From contig NW_026861840.1 of NCBI RefSeq assembly GCF_026571515.1, positions 434,001 through 498,000 on the forward strand: 64,000 nt of DNA, in the 5' to 3' direction. The translations under genes were made by a program, and so were the position numbers. The stretch is from Ruditapes philippinarum (taxonomy: Eukaryota). The notes below the pieces were generated by a model that did no database searches, was not told the origin of the DNA, and saw only the letters and a program-made list of their open reading frames with translations. Of this stretch, positions 1 to 13,100 are shown in pieces (position 1 is the first letter of the stretch; each line of letters opens with the position of its first letter).

Positions 1-260
1 AGAAAATAAATCCATTGCATTGGAACATTCCCGCTATAAATTATTGTTAAATGATGTTAGATTCGATGGGCTTGTCATGAATGCTTAACATACTTTTGGG
101 CCCTGTTTAAACGGGTTAATTGGTTTTAATCACTTATTTTTTTATCACGATGGCATATGTAACCAATTTTCAGAAAAAAATAAAAATCTCCTTCAATAAG
201 CAGAAGTGGGCGTGGTTATTTCCGTTGGCGAGAAGAAAAATAAGCAAAATAAGCACCTAC

Positions 261-333
261 CTGCAATGTGAATAATCAGAAGCAGCCCAATTCCAAAGTA
301 AACCACGCCCCATGAGGAAAAGTGCACGCCCAT
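261..333 (-). CDS. Putative first (signal-peptide) coding exon of a secreted-protein gene that continues beyond the window start; possibly a tandem CRISP paralogue
   Basis: ATG at 333 gives MGVHFSSWGVVYFGIGLLLIIHIA plus 1 nt, then a G|GTAGGT donor. The 73-nt, phase-1 layout matches exon 1 of the adjacent CRISP gene (70 nt, phase 1). Not in the ORF track. Confidence 0.5.
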
Positions 334-1765
334 TCTGTTATTCTTTCAGGTGGCGTAATATCCAATGTGTGGTCTCTTTATTCACTTAAAATTAGTTCGT
401 ACAAATGTTCTCTTCGAACAAAACGGCACAATGTTATCATGTGTACTGATTTTTAAAACAGAAACTTGCGTAAATAAACGAAACCTAAAATTAACATCCA
501 AGTCGTATGTTTAGATAACTATAGCTTGTCTTTTCCTATTAACCAAAGTCTTATGTTTATTGCCTCTATTAAAACTGTATACGGTTCATTTGAATGGTTT
601 ATATTTCCGACTTCATTTAATTAAAATCACTTTGAATACGGACGCACTTAAGGATATCAAATAAACAAGAAATAAGTCCAATTTTTACGAATTACACTAT
701 AAAAGTTTTGTAAATATAGTCCAATATGTCAAAAACACAATACATATTGATCGTTTAAATTCCTTTTCACAAACTATAGTTTACCAAAACATTCATTACA
801 TGTTTAATAAGGTTACTAGTATCATAGATAGTAACATGTTTGTTACTTTATGTATAAATGACTATGAATATACATATACATCCTTATACTGTGGTTAAAT
901 TTTGGTTATATGAAATGACTAAATATTTCATTAAAGGTGAGCAATAACTAACGTAAATATTGTAATTGTCACGAGACAATAACGCGCGAGCGCGTTCATA
1001 AGACGTTAAGGCGTTCCATATTAATTTTCATGTACATTTGGTATGAATACATTTGATACACTTTCATCATCTTGGTAGGGCGGTAAATTGTAGTTTTAAT
1101 GATCAACAACACACTTGACCATATCGATCTAAATATAGCCGAACACGGAAGTTATGAAATAAAAATAAGTATAGGCTGTACACACTAATATGTCTTTATG
1201 TCAATATTTTGATAAAATGTGTGTCACAGTTTCTGCGAAGCATATTATTGGGAAAAGTACAACAGCTAAAAATGTACCATTGAATTTGATTGATTGTGAT
1301 GATTTTCAACAAGTAAAGAAAAGATTAAAATTTCATTTTTTCTTCTCATAAGATCAATTATAAAAATACACTCTGAATATACTCTGATTAATAACGATTT
1401 TATTTCACACAAATGTTAACAAGAATATCATTCAAACTGATATAGTTAGGAAACGAAATAACTGTATCATTTACTGCAAGTATATGCAATTCAATGGGTA
1501 TGTATTTTCAAAATTACAAGCACCTTTTTCTTCCAATCACAGCATCATCTATTGCGAGCTGACACAAAATCAACTTGTATCGTCTTATGCATGTGCCGGA
1601 AGTAGATTTTTTTCTACGCAATAATAAGTTTAAACTCAGATTATAATAGAAAAAAAAGTATAATTAGTAAGATGAGCATACCTTGATACATGTATGAAAT
1701 GATATGAAAAGATTCATCGTAAAAAGTTTAAAAAAAAGAAAAAGAAAAATGTCGCCACTGTCTTG

Positions 1766-4082
1766 TTATGCAAATATTGTAATAAGAACAACAACAACAA
1801 TACACATAAAGCTGCTTGCGACAACCATGTGTGCTGTAGCTGTAGTGGAAATGGTTGGCGTTTCTGTGACTTGCGGAGTGGCGCCAGTCGTGCTTGTGTC
1901 GGTTGCCTGTTGTGTTGTTGTCGTGCTGGTGCCAGTAGGTTGTTGTGTTGTTGTCGTGCTAGCTACGACTGGAGGCTCGAACGCAGCACCTATATAAAAT
2001 TAAAGACAATATGAAAATGCTTCTTAAAATATAATTACGAAACATATACGGTCTTATAACCTGTCAGGAATATTTATAACGAATTTATAATACAGAAAAT
2101 TTCCTTTTGTAGAGAAAAAAGTGAGATTTCTTCATAAATCGAGAGTGTATTATATAGCTGTGTACAATATTATAAAGTTTATAATTATATAAAGATTTTT
2201 TGACAGGTTATATGGCCCTACATTAACGATTATTTGAAAATATATTCCAAACAACCGTTTATATACGGCCATATAATCTGTCAGAAGTATTTCTTACGGA
2301 TTTATAATACAGAAAACATCTTTTTTTAGAGAAAAAAGTGACATTTCTTCATAAATTCACAGCAGCAACGTAAATATGTAAATATAAATTGCTAAAACGT
2401 CACAATTATCAAATAAAAAGCTTGGTTACAAAAGTGCAGCATTATAATTTTTTAAGTCCATGAAGTTGGCACAGAGATCGACATTAAACATTCAGCTCGA
2501 CATTCGACATTTCACTGTTGAGCTGGTATGGGAAGCTGGCAAGACATTGAGCAGAACATTCAGCTCGACATTCGTTTTTTTTTACTATTTTTGAATGTCG
2601 AGCTGAATGTTGCCAGCTTCACATCCCAGCTCAACATTCAAAAATAGAAAATAAAACGAATGTCGAGCTGAATGTTGCGCTGAATGTCTGGCCAGCTTCA
2701 TATCGCAGCTCAACATTCAAAAATAGAAGAAAAAACGAATGTCGAGCTGACTGTTGTGCTGAATGTCTAGCAAGCTTCACATCCCAGCTCGACATTCAAA
2801 AATAGACAAAAAAAACGAATGTCGAGCTGACTGTTGTGCTGAATGTCTAGCCAGCTTCACATCCCAGCTCGCAATTCAAAGATAGACAAAAAACGAATGT
2901 CGAGCTGAATGTTGTGCTGAATGTGGACGCCAGATTCACATCTCAGCTCGACATTCAAAAAGAAGAGAAGAAACGAATGTCGAGCTGAATGTTGTGCTGA
3001 ATGTCTAGCCAGCTTCACATCCCAGCTCGACATTCAAAAAGAATATAAGAAACGAATATCGAGCTGAATGTTGTGCTGAATGTCTAGCTAGCTTCACATC
3101 CTAGCTCAACATTCAAAAATAGAAAAAACGAATGTCGAGCTGAATGTTGTGCTGAATGTCTAGCCAGCTTCACATCCCAGCTCGACACTCAAAAAGAATA
3201 TAAGAATCGAATATCGAGCTGAATGTTGTGCTGAATATCTAGCCAGCTTTACATCCAAGCTCGACATTCAAAATTATACAAAATACGAATGTCGAGCTGA
3301 ATGTTGTGCTGAATGTCTAGCCAGCTTCACATCCTAGCTCAACATTCAAAAATAGAAAAAACGAATGTCGAGCTGAATGTTGTGCTGAATGTCTAGCCAG
3401 CTTCACATCCCAGCTCGACATTCAAAAAGAATATAAGAAACGAATGTCGAGCTGAATGTTGTGCTGAATGTCTAGCCAGCTTCACATCCCAGCTCAACAT
3501 TCAAAAATATACAAAATACGAATGTCGGGTTGAATGTTGTGCTGAATGTCTAGCCAGCTTAACATTCCAGCTCAACATTCAAAAAATAGAAAAAACGAAT
3601 GTCGAGCTGAATGTTGTGCTGAATGTCTAGCCAGCTTCACATTCCATCACAGCATTCAAAAATAAACAAACAAAAAAACAAATGTCGAGCTGAATGTTGT
3701 GCTGAATGTCTAGCCAGCTTCACATCTCAGCTCAACAGTGAAAAGTCGAATGTCGAGCTGAATGTTTAATGTCGATCTCTGTGCCAACTTCATGGACTTA
3801 ATTTTTTTTTTATAATACTGAGCGTTTCGTGAATCAATACACATGTATGGATGTACACGTGACTTACTCGGACACCAGTTACACATTACAGGACATTCCT
3901 GTGGCACATTGCTGAATATTTCACATTTGCTGGCCCCATACTGGTTGCAATATGACGCTTCTATATTTCCGTCACAGTTTACTGAAATAAATTGTAAGTG
4001 ATTTTTAAGTGTGTAAAAAACAGCTCAAACATGCATAGATACTTTTACTTAAATTAATGCAGAAAAATTTCTTTTTTTTTCT

Positions 4083-4113
<31 letters not shown>

Positions 4114-7100
4114 CTCTTTATTTATTTATTTATTTATTTATTTATATTTTGCATCATCATCCATGATGTGCTTATAGGACTGTTCTAGTGTGTTCACTTA
4201 TAAGCTGCTAAAGGGAGAGTAATGTTTTCTACTTACACAATTTCATAACTATATCTCCATGTTTTGTATCATTAATCATGTATTCAAGGCAATTTATTTC
4301 TCTATTTTTAGAATCTCTTTATGAATTTGTTGCACCGTTTTCGCTTAAAGTTACATTTATTTACCCCTTATTGCATTACTGTCCGCGCAATGATTTCTCC
4401 AGGAGATTCACAACGTCATTCTGTACTTAGAGTTTTAGTGAAAAAAATAATTCGTATTGGTGCCATCATTAAAAGAAGATTGCATTAACTCTAAGACATA
4501 TTTTCACCAAGGAAAATTACAATTAAACATATGCACGGAAATTAATGCAAATTATTGTCTGTTTAAGTTATTAGTTCAGTAGATGTCAAATCGCTAAACT
4601 TGAAACAGAGAGGATCGCACATTCGACGACAGTTACTTTTTAATTTTTCAGTACTTTGCATTTTAACTTCATTGTTGTTCACAGTGCATCGCAATATGTA
4701 ATCAAGGGAGTTAATGAAGCGTTTGCTAAGTACAATCTATACACTGATAAAATGTCATACTTACAGCCGCACGTGGGTGCCAAGAAAAACGGCAGGTTAT
4801 TTACACAGTTACACGTGCATGTACTAAAGTCCATAGTTCCCCCATTCAGGCAAACAACTCCACCACAGTCTGGTGGATAAAAATAAAGAAAAAGTTAAAG
4901 CACATGTATATACTCTCTGAATCATGAATGTACAAAAATATCTTTTTGAAATCAACATATCATTTATTGAAAACACGTTTCACTTCAAGCCTCCAGATGA
5001 CACAAAATATTTCAAGGAAATCAAACTTGAGAAAAACGTTTTTTTTAAAGAAAAGTAAAAGATTCAAGATTCAAGTAATAAGTGCCTGTTATGTGCAATT
5101 AATGACTGATTTTGCAATACATGAACATGTATTTATTATCATATTTCTAAAAAAAACTTTACAGTTTTTCATATTTTGACCCCCTTTTTGGTAATTTGTA
5201 ACCTTTGCTATGTATTAATAACTTTCTTTGATAACTTCACAATATTTTATCTTTAGATACATTTTGAAAATTTTAACTAAAATTGGCGTGAATAGCGTGA
5301 AGGCGTGCTGCTTTAATTTCTGTAATGGACATGACCTAGTTTGAATTTGGAATAGTTCCTTGTTAGGTATACAGCCAATGACAAACAGCCTGGTAACACG
5401 TGACAGTAGACCAAGGCCAATCATTTACGGAAATAACAACCTGTCTGTGTCTATAAGGTTTATTTATTTATTTGTTTATTTCGAATTATAGGCGGTAGAT
5501 ATAGATGCATGTATATATAAAACTACATTTTAAAAATGTTGCGCCACCTACCACATAGACCATCATCGCAATTGCTGAAACACGCAGTACACTTTCCGCC
5601 AGACGTGTATGGTTTATCGCTGCCAGAGTTTCCACTGAATAAAATATAGAAAGTTTTGTTTTATCTACACCAAATTACCCCTAGTTTCCTTGGAAACACT
5701 GTAACGTTGGTTGTTTGAGTGCATCGATGACCGCTTCCGGTTTCTTACTGTCATAAAATGGTAGACTTTAAACATGAACAATATATTTTTACTCGATTCT
5801 TACTTAGCGAAAGGTGAATATTACTACTATATTAAAACATATCTTTAAATAATTTTCCTTCATTTTTATTACAAATTATCAATTAGCAGAGATAATTAAA
5901 AAAACTCACGCAGGACCATAGTTGCATACGTAGTAATGTGTGGTCCCGCATTTTGCATATCCGCAACCTATCTTTGAACTTTTGGCCCAAATCATCTAGC
6001 AAAATAAAAATTTACATAAAGTGAATAAATTAATCAATTCTTGAAATTCTTGTCCAACAAGAAAAAGAAGTGTTGAATCGTTACTTTTAAGTTGCTATAT
6101 GAACTACAAGTACATAAAATTCAATGAGTTTACTCAAACACTATACTGTATCTCGTTACTTTACACAAACTTCATATTTTCATGTGACGTTCAAATGTCA
6201 ATTCATGTTACGTGCAAACGACATTTCATATGACGATCAAAGTTATTTCATATGGTTGTAAAACGTCATTTCCTGCCACGATCAAAGTTATTTCATATGT
6301 TTGTCACACGTCATTTCATGTGACGGTCAACGTTATTTCGTATGGTCGTCAAACGTCATTTCATGTGACGATCAAAGTTATTTCATATGATTATTAAACG
6401 CCATTTTATGTGACGGTCAACGTGATAACATGTGACGACCAAAGTTACTTCATACGATTGTCAAACGTCATTTCATGTGACGGTCAACGTCATTTCATAT
6501 GACGATCAACGTTATTTCATATGGTTGTCAGACGTCCGTTTATGTGACGATCAAAGTTATTTCATATGATTGTCAAACGTCATTTTATGTGACGATCAAA
6601 GTTATTTCATATGATTGTCAAACGTCATTTCATATGACGATCAACGTTATTTCATATGATTGTCAAACGTCATTTTATGTGACGATCAAAGTTATTTCAT
6701 ATGACTGTCAAACGTCATTTCATATGACGATCAACGTTATTTCATATGAGTGTCAAACGTCATTTCATATGACGATCAAAGTCATTTTATATGATTGTCA
6801 AACGTCATTTTATATGACGATCAACGTCATTTCATATGACAATCAACGTTATTTCATATGGTTGTCAAACGTCATTTTATGTAACGATCTAAGTTATTTC
6901 ATATGATTGCCAAACGTCATTTCATGTGACGATCAACGTTATTTCATATGATTGTCAAACGTCATTTCATAAGACGATCAACGTTATTTAATATGATTGT
7001 CAAACGTCATTTCATGTGACGATCAAAGTTATTTCGTATGATTGTCAAACGTCCTTTCATGTGACGGTCACCGTCATTTTATGTGATGGTCAAACGTCAT

Positions 7101-10100
7101 TTCATGTGACGATCAAAGTCATTTCCATTGAAGTTGATTTCCAATTTCTGTATACAATTAAAATATCAAATGACGTAACCTATATGTAATATGAAGCGAA
7201 TTTATCAAACAACCACTCACAGGGGCTTTACCTGCATGTGATGTCTAGTGACTTTGCCAAATTATCGCTTCCGGTTACCTGTGCCTAAGTGTGTTATTAT
7301 TTTAAAACATCAGGTGACCTTACCTGAGTATAATGTCCGACAACTTGATTAGTTGGACTTCCGTTTGTAGCATAATCATAATCGGCCTTTTCGTCTTCCC
7401 AGCCCTGCATAGCGCTACTCCAGTCTGAATAGCCCATCGCCAAATTCTGACCAACAGTAAACCGACCTGTGTAGCATTTATTCAATAAGGCATTACATTT
7501 TTACTCTCATTGATATATTGTATCAATTTTTATACTTTTGATTTAATATTCAGTTTGTAAAAGTTGTTTCCCTTTGACTTGAATGCTACATGTATTATTA
7601 TGCATAACACAGTGAAAATCAAAGTATTTGATTGATACTCCAAAAAGGTTGGGGATAACAGGCCCACGTGAAGTCATACATGGCTTCTCTTCATCCCCCA
7701 CAGCTAGTGGCTGTCATGCTTCGATATTGCCATTATAAGTGGAGGAGGATAGTGGTGACATTTTAATTTCATGAACTCACAAATTGTACCGGGTTCGAGT
7801 CCATATCAAGGGCATCGATTGAGCAAGAATTTGCCAAACACAATTTCTTTTCACTCAGGTATTAATAGGTACGACAGAGGTCGGTATAACATGTTTGCGT
7901 CATATTATGCTTGTGAGAGAATCTGTAAATCATATCATATCATATCATATCATATCATACTTACCATATCATACATATCATATCATACCATATCATATCA
8001 TATATATCATATCATACTTATCATATCATATCATATATATCATATCATATCATACTTATCAAATCATACCATTCCATATCATATCATATATACTATTGCG
8101 AAAATATTTGTGTGTTGTATTACCAAATGCGTATCTTTTATAGTTATCGTCGTGACTTTGAACGCAGTTTTCCGCCCATCTCTGTGCAGTGTTGGCTATT
8201 TCGTCATCCCACATCTGTAAACGTTAAATGAAATCACGTTACGTAAATGGCATATGTGTACAAAAATATGTGTATGTGGGGTTTTTTTTGCCGTTTTTAT
8301 TTAAAAAAAAAACGGTATTAATCAAGATCTATGTACTGAGTGAATATAAAATATATTTTTTAGGAAATCAACGAAAATGAATAAAATATCGTGTAAGAAT
8401 AGTGTGTGCGTGCGTGCGTGCGTATGTGGGGGTGTTGGTTGTTGTTGTTGTTGGTGGTGGTGCTGCTGCTGTATTCAAATGTATATTTCATGTACGTAAA
8501 TTTAAGTTAAACTGAAAAATCTTTTTAAACATCTTACTTCATATAAGCTTGAATATAGCAAATGTTTGGAATTCGTTTTAACATACAATCAAATTCAGTT
8601 GTTTTTTTCTCTTCAATAAAAACTTATGTTTATTTACAAAGTCATCGTTTGTAGATTTCAAAGTGAAAAAAAACCCTTTCAATATGTTATTTTATTACTG
8701 ATACATTTTCAATTTTCATGAATCAAAAGGAAAATAACCGTTCAATTCACCTGACGCAATTAATTCATTTTTTAAATTCTTTGCTTGATTTGATGATAAA
8801 AAATATAAATATATATTTGAATACACGCCGATAAAACAAGTTTTACAAATGTCAATTTATTGAAAATGTTGTATTCATATGGTCACACGGACTCTATAAA
8901 GGTCATAAATTATGGCGACTTTCCAGGTTGACTAGCGACATAAGACCTAAGTTGCCATTTAAGGCACGAGCGGCGGGTACCTGAATAGAACTTTGACTTT
9001 CCGTATAGACTAGCTTTATAGTTTCATGCTGTGGGGGAGGTGGTGAGGGTATTGGTTTGAGATGGCATTTGAGGGATTTGGGTGGTGGAGGGGGTTTGGC
9101 AATTTATTCAAAGCCACTCGGACACAGATTACTACAGGTTGTATTTGACAGATGTTCGCCCAATAACGTTTTAAATACCCGATGCGTTGGAGAATATGAT
9201 TGCGAAAGAGGCGAGGCAACTTGCGATAGTGACTAGGCCGGGGGCAAACACAATAGGGATTTGTGGTATGGGTCACGGTCAGGACTATAACAATGTCATA
9301 ATTGGAGTGAGGTTTGTGGTCGGGACTGGACTTGACTTATTGTAACGGCTATGGTAGACTTTGTGACAGGTCCTAAAGAAGGGTTCGAGTAAGGGTTTGT
9401 CGTATTGGCTAAGACTGGGATTTGTGGTAGGGGCCGTCTGTAGCAGAGTGAGTTATAAATGAGCTGCGTCACGACAAAACCAACATAATGGGTTTGCGAC
9501 CAGCATGGATCCAGACCAGCCTGCGCATCCGCGCAGTCTGATCAGGATTCATGCTGTTCGCTATCAGTTTCTCTACTTGTTATAGGGGTTGTAAGCGAAC
9601 AGCATGGATCCTGATCAGACTGCGCAGATGCGCAGGCTGGTCTGGATCCATGCTGGTCGCAAACCCATTATGTTGGTTTTGTCATGACGCGGCTCAAATT
9701 ATGTTAGGTGTTTGTTTAAAGGGCTAGAGTAAGGGTTTGTGGTATGGACCAAGGCTGATGTATATGCAGTATTACGGAGTAAGGTATGGATAATGTGAGG
9801 GGTTTGCGAAATGGTGGGGAATGAGTTTATGCAAGGGATAGGAGTATGGGTGTGGTCACTTACCATCTTCATCATATCGGTTGCCGTTGGAGACACCTCG
9901 CGCCTGGCCTTGTTATGGTGGTTTAATATAGTAGTGACGTCATCGCTCGATACACCTTATAGAAAATAAAAATATTTATAAATATATTCATTATGCATTT
10001 TACACTATTACAATTATGTAAATATGTTTGACAGCTTTATTACATTGTTTAACCTTTTATTACTTTGACATTATTTTCAGCACTGAAATTTTTATTCAGT

Positions 10101-13100
10101 CATAACTGAATACAATTTAAAAAGAATTTTTTACTATTTACAAAATGTAAATATTTCATTATTGTAACCAGCATGTGATGTTATATTTTTTATTTATTTT
10201 GTTTGCATTATTTACTTCTTATGTAAATATATAAATACACGAATTCGTAACAGTTATTTATCAACTATGTATTGAAAATGTCTGTCAAAAGTTTATCAGG
10301 CCAAAAATATCTGTTTTTGGTCTCCGACACAAAATTAAAATGATGTTTGTTAGGTAGGAATTTCTTTCCGTTTTTATAAAACAATAAAAAAAGGGGTTTT
10401 ACATACAATGTCATGTATATTATATAGATTTTTGAAAAGGTGGACAGGAAAATAAAATGTCTATGGTAGGCAGTTTGGTAGGGAGATCTGAAACAAAACA
10501 TTTTTTCGTTCGGCAATATAAAATTTCTATCAATAAGATATGTCAACAAAATTCACTTTGTCACACTCAAAATAGACACTTATGATAGGTTATAATTTCA
10601 CAAAGATAGATTATTTGATTTTTCGCTCTTAACAAAGGGTCTTTCCGTGTATTGATTGTTTGCCATAATCGGTATAGCTTTCAAAAGAATTATTTAAATG
10701 CTAAAAGAAGGCTACAGAACTGTCCGAGTAATCTTCTGAGATCTATTTATTGTTCTGCAATCTTTTTTTCTCCCGAGCTTTATACGAATATTTCAGCAAC
10801 AATTTCGAGGTCTATTTAAGTTCCGTGTTTATGCCAGTATTCTCTGGAGGTTTAAGCATTCTTCGTATACAATATTGGTCCGTATGGCTCGCCTGGTTTG
10901 ACTACTATGTCATCGTGTTTTGGCTGCTATGTCATCGTGTTTCGGCTACTATGTCATCGTGTTTTGACTACTATGCCCCCATTGTTTAACTACTACGTGC
11001 TATATAGAGTTTTAGCAACTATGACCTTGTGCTTGATCTTATACGCCCTCTTTTTTTTGATAGTGATTTTATGAATATGCCCTGTTGGTTTGACTAGTTT
11101 GCCCTCGTTGTTTGTCTACTACGCCCTCTTGGTTTCATTATTATGCTCTCGTGGTTTGTCTTATGCGCCCTCGTAGTTGGACAGCTATGTTCTCGTGCTT
11201 TGTCCATTATCACGTGTATGCTCTCGTGGTTTGACAATTATGTCGTCATGGGTCCTCTACTGTGCCTTCTACTTTGAGCTCAAAACATAAACAACGCTTA
11301 GAAAAACTTATTATTATACCTGAAATTAAAAAAAAAACATAAGCATTGTACCTGAGGCTTGTACGTCACTTGAGGGTTCTTTGCACGCGGAATGATCTGA
11401 AGTGATTGTCTTGTACTTTTCCGCACAATCGACCTGTAATAGAAAAATAAATAAAAGACCTGAATAAATCCATTATTAATTTTTCATACGGTTGGTTGGA
11501 CATTGTACTTAAAACTTATTTACTAGTATTTACACTTTAGTTAACATATTACGCCTATTAACTATCTTGCAACGAAAATGAAAGTTGAAAGCTAACGAAA
11601 AATTTCCAAAATCCACATACAGAGTGGGATTTTATAATTAAGATGTATTTTTTGACCTATTTATATGGATGACCTAAATAAAAGCTGACCTTTATTGAAT
11701 CTGACCTTTCTATAGACTGACCTTCATATAATCCGGACAGCATAAAAAACGGTGTGATTTCGATCTGACATACTTATGAAATGAACTAAACAAACAATAG
11801 ACTGGTCTATGTAGATGCAAATGCCCTAGAAATTTGTTATGAGATGTTGTAATAAATAAATATAATTGATGGGTGTGAGTCATAAACAAATAATTGTTTC
11901 TGAAGGTATAACAAGTAAATTTATGGCATTTACTTTACTCAATAAATGTCAAGCAGACGACATAAATCAGAGACTGGAACAGATGAAATACTTGTTTATG
12001 AACCCTTAAAAAGAGAAAAATTATGCAAAAACTGTCAGTAACTGTACTGTGTTTCATACATAGAAATTTAATATAAATCGCCCGAAATTTTGCTGACTTA
12101 TAACTAGACATGATGACTTCAAAACCGGATATGTTTAAGGCGGATATCTTTTTTATTTTTTTCTGAAAATCAAGATTTAATATTAGTTTTCTCAAAATAC
12201 CCGTAATTAAAATATAGGTATCATTATATGTGTTAAATTTTCATACACCTGTACGGGCGGTAATATGATACGGTTGACAAAAAACTGATATACAAGCATA
12301 TGTGGTAATATGAGCAAGGGAGGTTACTGTCACCATATTTCTAAATCCCAATTATTTTAAAGGGTGAGTGATTTAGGACGATGGCGCTTACGACCAATTG
12401 CCACTCTGACCAGGCTAAGGGGGCAGGGAATCCAAAAAATTAGCAATTATGTAGTTCAGTGAGGCCAAATTTGTATTTCAAAATATATTACACAGGTAGA
12501 TAACCAGTTGTACAGCACTATTTAAAGATATATGACATACATTGAAGTAAATAATAGTTGGTATGCGTTGCTACTAAAATAATGACTAACAGCAATTTAT
12601 ATTTACCCCCACCCATCAAATATCACAGCTGAACTAAGCTTATATGGGCAACCTTCATGAAGGTGCAGGATACTCCAGAACTCGCCCGATTCCTTTAAAA
12701 ATATCACTAACGTTTAGATTTTTCACAAAATTTATCCAAAGGTTCTTGTTTGGCGCCAGCTGTGAATGCTTGATATTTAACTTTTTCACCTCCATTCGGA
12801 GAGTCACAAATACATACAAAGCTACCAAAATGTTTAGTTTCGGGTAAAAACCCAAAAAATAACGCTCAGCTTCTATAATAGTCAGATATTTTATCGAGTT
12901 ACTTGTTCGTTCGCCGGGGTTGCGATAAGCCTTGTGGTAAATATGGCCTATATACTTGAAAGCAATTTCATAAGATTAGCGATACAGCGTACAGCCGAAA
13001 TAAGCATTTTAAACATTAAAAGGCAAAGTTCATTGACCCTAATCCTGTGTTATTGGCAAACGAAATACAAACATATTTGACAGGGAACCAGACTTATAAC

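Noticed and set aside
1704-2014. Plus-strand Cys/Val-rich ORFs
   Set aside because: Antisense shadows of the last CRISP exon.
2590-3745. CRISPR-like look of palindromic repeats with variable spacers
   Set aside because: The variable parts are short A-rich linkers, not unique spacers. The array lies inside TIRs in a eukaryotic intron and there are no cas genes.
6212-6906. Periodic 15-aa repeat ORFs
   Set aside because: Translation of a 45-bp intronic minisatellite.
10299-10515. Possible Zator-like MITE (ggccaaaa... ends)
   Set aside because: The termini are too degenerate to define TIRs or a TSD.
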